Shown here one piece after another: positions 1 through 9,303 of a stretch of 64,000 nt of DNA (position 1 is the first letter of the stretch; every line of letters starts with the position of its first letter). The position numbers and the translations under genes are program-made. A model generated the notes under the pieces. The model made no database searches. It saw only the letters and a list, made by a program, of their open reading frames with translations, and had not been told where the DNA came from. Location: NCBI GenBank assembly GCA_963726575.1, contig CAVSCR010000003.1, positions 226,518 to 290,517 of the forward strand, in the 5' to 3' direction. This DNA comes from an uncultured Actinomycetota bacterium. GTDB lineage: Bacteria; Actinomycetota; Actinomycetes; JAHEKZ01.

Positions 1-684
1 CGGCTCGTCGATCGGCAGGGTCCTGCGGCTGACCGGAGCCGCCGACCGCTCCGCGACCGTGCCAGTGACGACCGACTGGAGCGAGTCGAGCAGCACCAGG
101 AGACCGCGCCCCCCGGCGTCGACCACGCCAGCGCGCCGCAGGCTGGGGAGTTGCTCGGTCGTGCGCGCCAGTCCAACGGCCGCCTCGTGCGCCGCTGCGC
201 AGACCACTGCCTCGAGATCGTCAGTCGCGACTGTCTGCGCCCCTTGCGCAGCAGAACGCGCCACGCTCAGCACCGTTCCCTCCACCGGCTCCGCCACTGC
301 CGCGTATGCCTGGGTCGCGGCTGTCTCCAGGGCCCGGCGCACGGCATCGGCCCGGGCCAGCGGCTGCTCGCAGAGGACCTGCGCGGCGCCGTGCAACCAC
401 TGGCTCAAGATCACCCCCGAGTTCCCCCGAGCGCCGAGCAGCGCGCCGCGCGCCATCGCCTTCGCAGTGACGGCCAGATCCGCGCCTGCGGCTCCGGCTG
501 CGACCTCGGCGACGTCGACGGCGTCGACCACGGCCTCCATGGTCAGGAAGAGGTTCGTGCCGGTGTCACCGTCGGGCACCGGGAATACGTTGAGGGCGTC
601 GATCTCCTCCCGGGCAGCGCCGAGACCCGCCAGGCCCGTCCGGCACCACCGGCGCAGCAGGGCCGCGTCGAGCGCCTCGGTCAT
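1..684 (-). CDS. DAK2 domain fusion protein YloV (DhaL-like), partial: runs off window start
   Basis: Reverse-complement translation from ATG at 684 gives MTEALDAALLRRW...FPVPDGDTGTNLFLT... with the DAK2 motif DGDTGTN. Absent from the ORF track because it is truncated by the window edge. Supersedes the + strand shadow ORFs 59..727 and 151..798. Confidence 0.75.
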   Translation of the reverse strand, partial: MTEALDAALLRRWCRTGLAGLGAAREEIDALNVFPVPDGDTGTNLFLTMEAVVDAVDVAEVAAGAAGADLAVTAKAMARGALLGARGNSGVILSQWLHGAAQVLCEQPLARADAVRRALETAATQAYAAVAEPVEGTVLSVARSAAQGAQTVATDDLEAVVCAAAHEAAVGLARTTEQLPSLRRAGVVDAGGRGLLVLLDSLQSVVTGTVAERSAAPVSRRTLPIDEP

Positions 685-835
685 GGGGGCAGAGTATCCG
701 CCGACCCTGCGGACCCTCGGCCCCTGACCGAAGGGCTCGACGTCAGGCGATTTCACCGGGGCCCGCGGCCTCGGGTACCCTCAGGCGGTCCAATCTGATC
801 CACCTTGATCGACCTCTGACTGGGAGTGTTCACCC

Positions 836-1027
836 GTGGCTGCCACCTGCGATGTCTGCGGTAAAGGTCCGGGCTTCGGCAACAACATCTCCCACTCCCA
901 CCGCCGCACGCGCCGTCGGTTCAACCCGAACATCCAGACTGTGCGCACCACCGTGGGATCGACGCCGAAGAAGCTGAACGTGTGCACCTCGTGCCTGAAA
1001 GCGGGCAAGGTCACCCGCTCCGCCTGA
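836..1027 (+). CDS. rpmB: 50S ribosomal protein L28 (zinc-ribbon type)
   Basis: 63 aa with CxxC...CxxC (CDVCGKG...CTSC) and an [13 protein letters not shown] core. GTG start. Divergent from yloV as in other actinobacteria. Confidence 0.9.
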   Translation: MAATCDVCGKGPGFGNNISHSHRRTRRRFNPNIQTVRTTVGSTPKKLNVCTSCLKAGKVTRSA

Positions 1028-2089
1028 TCACGAGAAGTGCTCGTGGCCTGCGCGCCCGAGCAGTTCACGGCCCGACACCTCCACGTTGTGCCCATCACCG
1101 GACTGCTCACCGGCTTCCGCCACTTCGCCGATGACCCGAAACCCCTCGGGCGGTTGGGTCTGCGCCGCAAAGGTCGCCACGAGCGCGTGATCATCTCCCC
1201 CCGACAGGACCCAGTCCATGGCGTCGGCGCCGAAGGCCGAGGCGACCTCGAGCAACTGCGGGTCGGGTGACAAGCACTCGCCGTCGAGCACGATCGACAC
1301 TCCTGACGCGTCGGCGACGTGACCGAGATCGGCGAGCAGTCCGTCGCTGACGTCGACCATCGATGTTGCGCCGACGGCGGCCGCGGCGACGCCGGCCGCG
1401 TATGGGGGCTGAGGGCGCCGATGCGCGGCGACGACGGCCCGCGGACTCCCGAAGCCACGACGTAGAACCGTCAGGCCGGCTTGCGCCCAGCCCAGGCGCC
1501 CGCAGACCGCCACGACATCACCGGGGTGTGCGCCGGCTCGGGTGACCGGGCTCCGGCCCTCCAGGTCGCCCAGGGCAGTGACACAGATGCTCAAAGTCGG
1601 CGAGCGCACGACGTCGCCACCGACCACGGTGGCCCCGACCAAGAGGGCTTCGTCGCGCAGCCCGTCGGCCATGCGCAGGACGAACGCCAACGGCAGGTCC
1701 GGCGGAGTGCTGAGCCCCACGACCAGAGCTGTGGGACGGGCGCCCATCGCAGCCACGTCGGCCAGGCTGGCGGCGGCCGCCCGGTGTCCGATGTCGTCGG
1801 GCTCGGACCAGTCGCGCCGGAAATGAATACCGTCGACCAGGACGTCGGTGCTGATCACCGCCCGCGAGTCCGGCGCGGCCACCACAGCGGCGTCGTCTCC
1901 CGGCCCGACGAGCACGCCGTCTCCCGTGGGGAGGCGACTCCGGATCGCAGCGATCAGGGCGAACTCACCCACGTCGCCGACCGTGTCGCCGGGGCTGCCG
2001 GACACCCGGGACTTGCCCTCGGACCCGTGCGCGTCGATGATCGACTCCTTCCCGCTCCCCTGGAGGCAGGCCATGGTCACCGCGTACAT
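1028..2089 (-). CDS. thiL: thiamine-monophosphate kinase
   Basis: GEFALIAAIR, LVGPGDDAAV and DGIHF motifs typical of ThiL/AIR synthase-related. The track ORF extends to 2170; the likelier start is M28 (2089) or M33 (2074). Confidence 0.85.
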   Translation of the reverse strand: MYAVTMACLQGSGKESIIDAHGSEGKSRVSGSPGDTVGDVGEFALIAAIRSRLPTGDGVLVGPGDDAAVVAAPDSRAVISTDVLVDGIHFRRDWSEPDDIGHRAAAASLADVAAMGARPTALVVGLSTPPDLPLAFVLRMADGLRDEALLVGATVVGGDVVRSPTLSICVTALGDLEGRSPVTRAGAHPGDVVAVCGRLGWAQAGLTVLRRGFGSPRAVVAAHRRPQPPYAAGVAAAAVGATSMVDVSDGLLADLGHVADASGVSIVLDGECLSPDPQLLEVASAFGADAMDWVLSGGDDHALVATFAAQTQPPEGFRVIGEVAEAGEQSGDGHNVEVSGRELLGRAGHEHFS

Positions 2090-2306
2090 CCTGATCCAGA
2101 CCGAGGTCGGCAGGGCGGCCGAGGTGGCAAGCGCGATCGCCGCCATCCCCGGAGTCACCCAATCCGACAACCTGATCGGCGCCTACGACGTGATCGTGCG
2201 GGCCGAGGCCGACGACGACGACCAGCTGGGCAAATTCGTGGTGGCCAAGGTGCAGGCAGTGCCGGGCATCACGCGCACCCTCACCTGCCCGGTGATCCAC
2301 CTCTGA
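2073..2306 (+). CDS. small Lrp/AsnC ligand-binding-domain protein (77 aa)
   Basis: C-terminal 77 aa of track ORF 1848..2306 (MVTAYILIQTEVGRAAEVASAIAAIPGVTQSDNLIGAYDVIVRAEADDDDQLGKFVV...) matches the AsnC-type RAM domain. A GGAGG RBS precedes the ATG at 2073. The upstream part of the track ORF overlaps thiL antisense. Confidence 0.6.
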   Translation: MVTAYILIQTEVGRAAEVASAIAAIPGVTQSDNLIGAYDVIVRAEADDDDQLGKFVVAKVQAVPGITRTLTCPVIHL

Positions 2307-2761
2307 CCGCTGAGCGCCGTGCCGCGACCGCGGTCCTCGCAGTCGTGGCCGCTCTCACCTTCCTGCCGGGCTGTAGTGGCCCGCTGAAAGTGACGCCTCC
2401 GACTCCGGACCCAATTGCCTCAGCGACGTGCGCGAAGCTCGTGGCCGAGCTACCGTCCACCGTGGCGGGTCAGCCGAAGACACCACGGACTCCGGCGTCG
2501 TCGTTGACACAGGCCTGGGGGAACCCCGCGATCGTCGTCCGTTGCGGAGTGAGCGTGCCGGCCGCACTGCGCCCGGACAGCCAGTTGGTGACGGTGAACG
2601 GCGTCGACTGGCTGCCTGAGCAGACGGACGCCGGATACCGGTTCACGACTGTGGGCCGGCTCGCCAACATCGAGGCGACGGTCCCGGCGACCTATGCGCC
2701 GGAGGGCGACGCGCTGGTTGACCTGGCGGGCCCGATCCGCAGCCTGGATGGGAGGCGCTAG
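2303..2761 (+). CDS. DUF3515-like lipoprotein; no ATG/GTG/TTG start, candidate CTG start overlapping the upstream stop (CTGA)
   Basis: In-frame translation from 2303 reads LTAERRAATAVLAVVAALTFLPGCSG (RR n-region, hydrophobic core, lipobox Cys), then a conserved PDPIASATCAKLVAELP...VDWLPEQTDAGYRF body. The only canonical in-frame start is the GTG at 2345, which would truncate the signal peptide. Confidence 0.5.
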   Translation: MTAERRAATAVLAVVAALTFLPGCSGPLKVTPPTPDPIASATCAKLVAELPSTVAGQPKTPRTPASSLTQAWGNPAIVVRCGVSVPAALRPDSQLVTVNGVDWLPEQTDAGYRFTTVGRLANIEATVPATYAPEGDALVDLAGPIRSLDGRR

Positions 2762-2764
2762 GCA

Positions 2765-3880
2765 TCAGCGCAGGCCGCGGCGCTTGCGCAGGGCGCCCCT
2801 GATGAGTCGGTCGACCAGCGCGGGGTAGCTCACGCCCGAGGCCTGCCACATGCGCGGGAACATCGAGATCGGGGTGAATCCTGGGATCGTGTTGACCTCG
2901 TTGACGAGCACCCGACCCTCGTCGGTGACGAAGAAGTCGACCCGCGCGTAGTCCTCGCAGCCCAAGGCGTCGAAAGCGACGCACGCCCGCGCCCGCACCG
3001 CCTCGCTGATCTCCTCAGGAAGGTCGGCGGGCACGTCGAGCTCGGTGACGTCGTCGAGGTACTTGGCCTCGAAGTCGTAGAACTCGTGGTTGCCGCGCAC
3101 CTTGATCTCGGCACACATGCTGGCCTCGGGACCACGTGCGTCCAACCGCTCGAGGACACCGCATTCGATCTCGCGGCCGATGACGCCCGCCTCGACCACC
3201 ACCTTGGGGTCGTGCTCGCGCGCGACGAGCACGGCCGCTTCGAGGTGAGACCAGTCCTTGACCTTGGTGATCCCGACGCTGGAGCCGGCACGAGCGGGCT
3301 TGACGAACACCGGCAGCGTGAGCGACTGGCGCACGCGGGCGAGCGCGCCCGGGGCGTCGGAGGTCCACTCTCGGTCGCTGACCACCACATACGGGGACTG
3401 ATCCAGCCCGGCAGCCGCGAGCAGCGTCTTGGCCACGGCCTTGTCCATGGCGGCAGCACTGCCGAGGACTCCGCTGCCGACATAAGGGATGCCGGCCAAC
3501 TCCAGCAGCCCCTGAATCGTTCCGTCCTCACCGAAGGGACCGTGCAACAGCGGGAAGACGACGTCGACTTCGCCGAGGGTGCGCGGCACGTCCCCCGGAT
3601 CGGTCACCACCAGCGCGTGGTGGGTGGGGTCGCCGGCGAGCACCAGGGCCGCTCCCGCGTCGTCCACCGAAGGCAGCACTCCGCCACGGATCTGCAGCGC
3701 GTCCGGCTCGTCGGCTGCGAGGACCCAGCGACCTTCCCGGGAGATCCCGATGGGAACGACGTCGAACGTCGAGCGGTCGAGCGCGCGTAGGACGCTGCCG
3801 GCCGAGACACACGAGATCGCGTGCTCGGTGCTGCGTCCGCCGAACACCACCGCGACCCGCAGCCGTCGTTCCTCCGTCAC
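2765..3880 (-). CDS. ddl: D-alanine--D-alanine ligase
   Basis: Full-length ATP-grasp Ddl (VAVVFGGRSTEHAISC...GEDGTIQGLLELAGIPYVGSGVLGSAAAMDK...). Confidence 0.92.
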   Translation of the reverse strand: MTEERRLRVAVVFGGRSTEHAISCVSAGSVLRALDRSTFDVVPIGISREGRWVLAADEPDALQIRGGVLPSVDDAGAALVLAGDPTHHALVVTDPGDVPRTLGEVDVVFPLLHGPFGEDGTIQGLLELAGIPYVGSGVLGSAAAMDKAVAKTLLAAAGLDQSPYVVVSDREWTSDAPGALARVRQSLTLPVFVKPARAGSSVGITKVKDWSHLEAAVLVAREHDPKVVVEAGVIGREIECGVLERLDARGPEASMCAEIKVRGNHEFYDFEAKYLDDVTELDVPADLPEEISEAVRARACVAFDALGCEDYARVDFFVTDEGRVLVNEVNTIPGFTPISMFPRMWQASGVSYPALVDRLIRGALRKRRGLR

Positions 3881-3889
3881 CGCTCGACC

Positions 3890-4894
3890 CTAGCCACCGG
3901 TCCACTCCGGTTTGGCTTCCCTGGCCATGAGACGCACCACCATGTCGTGCGGCGCCAGACCCTCCTGAACGACCGCCGTGACGTGCTCGGTGATGGGCAG
4001 GTCGACGCCCAGACCGCGTCCGAGCGCGAGTACTGCGGCCGCCGACTTGACGCCCTCGGCGGTCTGCTCGGTGATCTGGACCACCTCAGCCACCGACATC
4101 CCGCGACCGAGGTTCTCACCGAACGTGCGGTTGCGCGACAGCGGCGACATGCACGTGGCCACGAGGTCACCGACCCCCGCCAGGCCCATGAACGTCCGCG
4201 GATCCGCCTTCATCGCCAGCCCCAGGCGCGTCATCTCGGCCAGACCTCGGGTGATGATCGCCGCCTGGCTGTTGTCACCGAACCCGAGCCCCTTGGTCAT
4301 GCCTGCGGCCAGGGCAATCACGTTCTTGACGACGCCGGCCACCTCCACCCCGACGACATCGGTGTTCGTGTAGGGCCGGAAGTACGGCGTCAGACACGCC
4401 GCCTGGATCCGTTGCGCGACCAGCTCGTCGTCGGCGGCCACAACGGTGGCGGCGGGTTGTCGTTTGGCGATCTCTCCGGCGAGGTTGGGTCCGGACACGA
4501 CGGCGACGCGGTCGGCTGAATCGACGATCAGCTGAGCCACGACCTGGCTCATGCGCAGTCCGCTGTCGCGCTCCAGGCCCTTCATCAAGCTGGCCAGGAG
4601 GGCGTCGCGCGGAACGTTCGCGCCCCACTGGGTCAGGTTCTCGCGCAGCGTCTGGGCGGGAACCGCAAGAACCACGAGCTCTGCATCGCCCACAGCGTCG
4701 GCTGCACGGGCTGTGGCCGACAACGTGACCGGGAGGTCGATCCCGGGGTGGAACCGCTGGTTGCGGTGCTCGGAGTTGACCAAGGCAACTGCGTCCGCGT
4801 CACGGCCCCACAAGACGACGTCGTTCCCCGCGTCGGCGAGCACCATGCCGAAGGCGGTGCCCCACGAGCCCATGCCCATGACTGCCGCGCGCAT
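3890..4894 (-). CDS. gpsA: NAD(P)H-dependent glycerol-3-phosphate dehydrogenase
   Basis: N-terminal Rossmann motif GMGSWGTAF, then VNSEHRNQRFHPGIDLP and a GpsA C-terminal domain. Confidence 0.92.
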   Translation of the reverse strand: MRAAVMGMGSWGTAFGMVLADAGNDVVLWGRDADAVALVNSEHRNQRFHPGIDLPVTLSATARAADAVGDAELVVLAVPAQTLRENLTQWGANVPRDALLASLMKGLERDSGLRMSQVVAQLIVDSADRVAVVSGPNLAGEIAKRQPAATVVAADDELVAQRIQAACLTPYFRPYTNTDVVGVEVAGVVKNVIALAAGMTKGLGFGDNSQAAIITRGLAEMTRLGLAMKADPRTFMGLAGVGDLVATCMSPLSRNRTFGENLGRGMSVAEVVQITEQTAEGVKSAAAVLALGRGLGVDLPITEHVTAVVQEGLAPHDMVVRLMAREAKPEWTGG

Positions 4895-5634
4895 CAGCGA
4901 CGCCGCTTGCCGTCGGGTCGCTCGTCGTGCCGAATCTGCCGGTGGTCGAACCGGTGGGACGGAGGCGGTTCGTCGCGGATCTTCGCCAGCAATGAGGTGA
5001 TCGCATCGATGATGCGCGTCGTTGCGTCGCGCAGCACCTCGGCAGTGATGGGGTGACCAGCCAGATCGTTGAGGTCAACCGGTGGGCCGGCGTGGACGTA
5101 CATCGTCTTGCGCGGCAGCAGGCGCAGGCGCTTGGCATACGGCCACAGCACCTCTTGGGGACCCCACTGGGCCACGGGGATCACCGGGCATCCCGTGGTC
5201 AGCGCGATCCGGGCGGCACCGGTCTTGCCGGTCATCGGCCACAGGTCGTCGTCGCGGGTCAGAGTCCCCTCGGGATAGATCACGACGCACTCGCCCGCAT
5301 CGACCGCGTCCACGGCATGCACGAACGCCTGGGCGGCGTCGCGAGTGGCTCGCTCGACCTTGATCTGGCCGGCGCCGGCCACGATCGAGCCGACGATGGG
5401 GACGTCGAAGATCTCGGCCTTGGCCAGGAAGCGAGGAGCCCGGCCCGCGTCGTTCACGAAATGAGCCATGGACAACGGATCGAAGTGGGAGATGTGATTC
5501 GTCGCGAGGACACAACCGCCGCTGCGAGGGATGTACTGCTGCCCCTGCCAGTCGCGCTTCGTGGTGACGGTCAACGTGGGGCGCAACAGGATCCGTGCCA
5601 CGCGATACGGCGCGCTCTCACGGTCGCTGGTCAC
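4894..5634 (-). CDS. lysophospholipid (1-acyl-sn-glycerol-3-phosphate) acyltransferase, PlsC family
   Basis: HX4D motif (NHISHFD) and PEGT motif (VIYPEGT). Confidence 0.8.
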   Translation of the reverse strand: MTSDRESAPYRVARILLRPTLTVTTKRDWQGQQYIPRSGGCVLATNHISHFDPLSMAHFVNDAGRAPRFLAKAEIFDVPIVGSIVAGAGQIKVERATRDAAQAFVHAVDAVDAGECVVIYPEGTLTRDDDLWPMTGKTGAARIALTTGCPVIPVAQWGPQEVLWPYAKRLRLLPRKTMYVHAGPPVDLNDLAGHPITAEVLRDATTRIIDAITSLLAKIRDEPPPSHRFDHRQIRHDERPDGKRRR

Positions 5635-5739
5635 GCCACTCCCCTCAGACTCCCCTGCGGTGCCACGGGTGGGTCAGTCTCGCCCTCGCCAGGGTAGGTG
5701 TCGAGCACGGCTCACCACGACGCGTGCGAGGATCGGCCG

Positions 5740-6589
5740 ATGCCTGACCAGGACGGGTGGAGCGTGGTGGTCCCCGTCAAGGGAGGGCCTCAGGCGAAAT
5801 CCCGACTGCGACTGGGTGATCCTCGAGCGGTTGCGGCTGGCCCGCGCCCTTGCCGAGGACACCATCGAGGTGGTTCGCAGCTGCCCCGCCGTCTCGACGA
5901 CGTGCGTGCTGACTCGTGATGATGCGACGGCGCACTGGATCGCCGACACGTGGCCGGACGTCGCCGTCGCCCGCGAGCAGCCCACGGAAGACCTCAACTC
6001 GGCCCTGGCTCGAGCCGTGAGTGACCAGCGAGCCGGACGGTTGGATGCGTCCGTGGCGGTGGTGACCGGCGACCTGCCGGCGTTGCGCAGCGATGACCTG
6101 ACCGACCTGATCCGGCTGGCGACTGCCGACGGCGGAGTGTGCCTCGTCCCGGACCGCTCCGAGCACGGGACGACGATCCTGCTGCTGCCCGCCGGAGCCT
6201 TGCTGGCGTTCCGTTTCGGGTGCGATTCGGCGGCCCGACACCGGGCCGGCGGGGCACGGATCGTCAGCGCCAGCGATGGGGCGCGCTGCGACGTCGACAC
6301 GCGCGACGACCTAGCGATGGCAGCGAGGATCGGGGTCGGGGCTCGGACGCGGGCAGCGCTGCGGGACCTCGCGGCTACCCTTCGGCAGGTGCAGGCAACC
6401 GTCCGGACCTTCGACGCGTTGACGAACCGGGGAAGCGTGCTGCTGGACGACGGCGTCGAGCTGCCTTTCGGCGAGGAAGCCTTCGCCAGCAGTGGTCTGC
6501 GGCTGCTGCGCCTGGGGCAACGGGTGCGGATCGCGACTGATCCCACGGGCCAGCGCGTGACGTCGCTGACCATCCTGACGCTGGCGTGA
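5740..6589 (+). pseudogene. fbiD: 2-phospho-L-lactate guanylyltransferase CofC/FbiD (F420 biosynthesis) with an apparent +1 frameshift near 5815-5825 (pseudogene or sequence error)
   Basis: The conserved N-terminus MPDQDGWSVVVPVKGGPQAKSRL is in track ORF 5698..5919 (frame 1). The rest of the protein (LERLRLARALAEDT...VVTGDLPALRSDDL...GGVCLVPDRSEHGTTILLL...) is in track ORF 5531..6589 (frame 2). The switch falls within ctgggtgatcctcgagcgg. Position downstream of gpsA matches Mtb Rv2983. Confidence 0.6.
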
Positions 6590-6706
6590 ACCCAACGCCC
6601 GCCGCGTCGACCGACTGACTCAGGATTTCCACAGGGCGGCCAAACCTTCCCCTGACGTGGGCGGACGGCTGACGCGGGGCGTAGTCGGAATGGCAGCATC
6701 GAACAC

Positions 6707-7969
6707 ATGTTCGACGCCGTTCCCGAGCCCGCTGCGGTCGCTCAGCTGCTGGCCACCGATCCCGATGAGCTACGCCACGACGAGCTCGTGGACTACCTGG
6801 CGGCGATCGAACGGCTGACGTCACACCTGGCAGCAAGAACGACCCGCCCGCTGGTGCGGCTCCTGGGGATGCACGACATTCCCGACGAGGCGTCGGCGTC
6901 TGGACATCCGCGCTCACATCTCGAACAGGGCGCTGTCTACGAGGAGGTACGGACCAGTCTTCGCCTGTCGGACACCGTCATGAGGTCACGGCTCGAGGTC
7001 GCCCGGGCGCTGTCCGGTGAGATGACGGCAACGGCCCAGGCGTTGAATGCCGGCCAGATCACAGCACTTCATGCACGGACCTTGGTCGAGGGCACCCGTG
7101 GCCTCAGCGGAGAGTCACTGCGTCGGGTAGAGCTGCTCGCGCTGGAACGTGGCCGCGACGGGTCGCTGGCGGACTTGCGGCGCGGACTGCGTAAGGGCAA
7201 CGCCGAGATCGACGCCGAGACACAGGCTCGCCGACACGACGCTGCGATGGCGGGTCGCGAAGTTCGTCGGTGGGCACTGGACGACGGGATGGCTGTGCTT
7301 CAGATCATCGCTAGCGCGATCGACGTCGACGCAGCGTATGGCGCCCTGACGGGCCTGGCCGGCCCGAACCGGTCGGATGATCCCCGTACCCTCAGCAACC
7401 GTCGGGTCGACGCGTTCGTCGACCTGTGCATGGCAGGCGTGGCCCCGGAAGGCGACCCTGGGTCAGCTCCACCGTCGCGACACCCTCCGGTTCAGGCGCA
7501 GATCGTCATCGACCTCACCACACTTCTGGGCCTGGATGACAAGGCGGCTTGCCTGCGCGGCCATGGCCCGATCGCTGCTGACGTGGCCCGCGTCTGGCTG
7601 CAAGACGCCACGACCTGGCGGCGTCTGGTCGTCGACCCGGTTGACGGTCATCTGCTCGACTTCGGCCCGCTGGTCCACGATCCACCGCCGCGGCTGGACC
7701 GTTTCGTGCGGGCTCGCGACCAGCGCTGCGTGTTTCCCGGCTGCAACCGGTCCGCCATCCGTGCCGACCTCGACCATCAGGTGCCGTTCCGCGCGGACGG
7801 CTCGGGCGGATCGACCTCGGCGGCAAATCTCGCCGCGCTGTGCCGACGACACCATCGACTGAAGACGCATGCCGGCTGGTCGTACGTGACCGAACCAGAC
7901 GGCTCGATCACCTGGACCAGTCCCAGCGGTCGAACTCAGAAGGTGCCGCGCCGACCCGCGCGCGAGTGA
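6707..7969 (+). CDS. DUF222 domain HNH endonuclease (mycobacterial 13E12-repeat family type)
   Basis: 420 aa with the DUF222 N-terminal region and a C-terminal HNH motif (CVFPGCNRSAIRADLDHQVPF...GGSTSAANLAALCRRHHRLKTHAGW). Confidence 0.8.
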   Translation: MFDAVPEPAAVAQLLATDPDELRHDELVDYLAAIERLTSHLAARTTRPLVRLLGMHDIPDEASASGHPRSHLEQGAVYEEVRTSLRLSDTVMRSRLEVARALSGEMTATAQALNAGQITALHARTLVEGTRGLSGESLRRVELLALERGRDGSLADLRRGLRKGNAEIDAETQARRHDAAMAGREVRRWALDDGMAVLQIIASAIDVDAAYGALTGLAGPNRSDDPRTLSNRRVDAFVDLCMAGVAPEGDPGSAPPSRHPPVQAQIVIDLTTLLGLDDKAACLRGHGPIAADVARVWLQDATTWRRLVVDPVDGHLLDFGPLVHDPPPRLDRFVRARDQRCVFPGCNRSAIRADLDHQVPFRADGSGGSTSAANLAALCRRHHRLKTHAGWSYVTEPDGSITWTSPSGRTQKVPRRPARE

Positions 7970-8054
7970 TCGGCAGCCGTCAGTCGTCACCCTCACACAC
8001 GCAGCGGCGGGCCGAGCCCTGGGGCCCGACCCGCCGATTGTCGGCGTGCGCGTT

Positions 8055-8561
8055 CTAGCGCTTACGCGCGGTCGCCTTCTTTGTGGTCGACTTGCGTGCG
8101 GTCGCCTTCTTGGCCGTGGCCCTCTTGGCCGTGGTCTTCTTCGCTGGCGCCTTGCGTGCTGTTGTCTTCTTGGCTGGCGCACGCTTGGCCGGAGCCTTCT
8201 TGGCGGAGGAGCGAGACGGAGCCGCCTTGGCCGCCCGAGTGGCCGCCGTACGAGCAGTTGACGCAGCCACCTTCGGAAGCTTCTTCGCGCCGCTGACCAC
8301 TGCCTTGAACTCCGCGCCGGCCTTGAACTTCGGGACGGACGTCTTCTTCACCTTCACGGTGGCACCAGTCTGCGGGTTGCGCGCCGTGCGAGCCGGACGG
8401 TCGACCTTCTCGAAGACGCCGAAGCCCGTGATGACGACGCGCTCGCCGGTCGCCACCTCACGCTTGATCACATCGATCACGGTGTCGAGAGCGTGCTGCG
8501 CCTGGCGGCGATTGCCATCGAACCGGTTCGAGAGAGTCTCGATCAACTCAGCCTTGTTCAC
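8055..8561 (-). CDS. hupB: HU/histone-like DNA-binding protein with Lys/Ala-rich C-terminal tail (mycobacterial HupB/MDP1 type)
   Basis: N-terminal HU fold (MNKAELIETL...RVVITGFGVFEKVDRPARTARNPQTGATV) followed by PAKK/TAKK/ARK repeats. GGGGAAG RBS then GTG start. Confidence 0.9.
   Translation of the reverse strand: MNKAELIETLSNRFDGNRRQAQHALDTVIDVIKREVATGERVVITGFGVFEKVDRPARTARNPQTGATVKVKKTSVPKFKAGAEFKAVVSGAKKLPKVAASTARTAATRAAKAAPSRSSAKKAPAKRAPAKKTTARKAPAKKTTAKRATAKKATARKSTTKKATARKR
8083..8290. repeat. imperfect ~30-bp tandem repeats encoding the basic PAKK/AKKA tail of HupB
   Basis: Direct repeats of gcggtcgccttcttggccgtgg-like units. A parallel + strand ORF (8083..8577) translates as low-complexity LAVAL repeats. 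Confidence 0.6.
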
Positions 8562-8702
8562 TGCTTCCCCTTGCTGAAAGGTTGTTGGCCGGGCGGTCTA
8601 CCCGGCGTCAGGTGCAACGCTAGGTAATCACACTGGCGTATACAACGACCAATTGGCCCGAAAACCCTTGTTTCGCAAGGACATTCGTCACACCCGCGAT
8701 GA

Positions 8703-9293
8703 TCAAGGAACAGTGGTCGGCAACCAGTCGGGGCGAACGTCTTCGAAATCGGCGATGTCGTCAGCGTGGCGCAGGGTCAGCCCGATGTCATCGAGGCCCT
8801 CGAGCAGCCGCCATCTCGAATAGGGGTCCAGGTCGAAAGAGACGGTCTGGTCGGCATAGGCGACCGTCTCCGTGGCGAGGTCAACGGTGATCTCCGTGTC
8901 AGGCGAAGCCTCTACGACAGCCCAGATCTGCTCCACGACCTCTTCCGGAAGCTGGACTGCTAGCAACCCGCCCTTGAGCGAGTTACTGCGGAAGATGTCG
9001 GCGAACCTCGGTGAGATCACGACCCTGAACCCATAGTCCTGAAGAGCCCAGACGGCGTGCTCGCGCGAGGAACCCGTCCCGAACTCCGGACCCGCCACCA
9101 GGACTGAGGCTCCGGCGAACTGTGGCTGATTGAGGGCAAACTCGGGATCGGCCCTCCATGCAGCGAACAACCCGTCCTCGAAGCCGCTGCGCGTGATCCG
9201 CTTCAGATACACGGCGGGGATGATCTGATCGGTGTCGACGTTGCTTCGGCGCAGCGGCACCGCACGACCCGTGTGAACCGTGAACTTGTCCAT
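8703..9293 (-). CDS. leuD: 3-isopropylmalate dehydratase small subunit
   Basis: [26 protein letters not shown]... is canonical LeuD. Start taken at M36 of the track ORF. Confidence 0.9.
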   Translation of the reverse strand: MDKFTVHTGRAVPLRRSNVDTDQIIPAVYLKRITRSGFEDGLFAAWRADPEFALNQPQFAGASVLVAGPEFGTGSSREHAVWALQDYGFRVVISPRFADIFRSNSLKGGLLAVQLPEEVVEQIWAVVEASPDTEITVDLATETVAYADQTVSFDLDPYSRWRLLEGLDDIGLTLRHADDIADFEDVRPDWLPTTVP

Positions 9294-9303
9294 GGTCTTG
9301 TCC

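Noticed and set aside
59-798. Two + strand ORFs (222 aa and 215 aa) at the window start
   Set aside because: Low-complexity Ala/Arg/Ser translations. The reverse strand encodes a clean DAK2/YloV protein with the DGDTGTN motif, so these are antisense shadow ORFs of GC-rich coding DNA.
8583-8603. Hairpin GCCGGGtagaccgCCCGGC considered as a leuD terminator
   Set aside because: No U-tract follows, and it lies within about 20 nt of the hupB RBS on the coding strand. Kept only as a 5'-UTR structure note.
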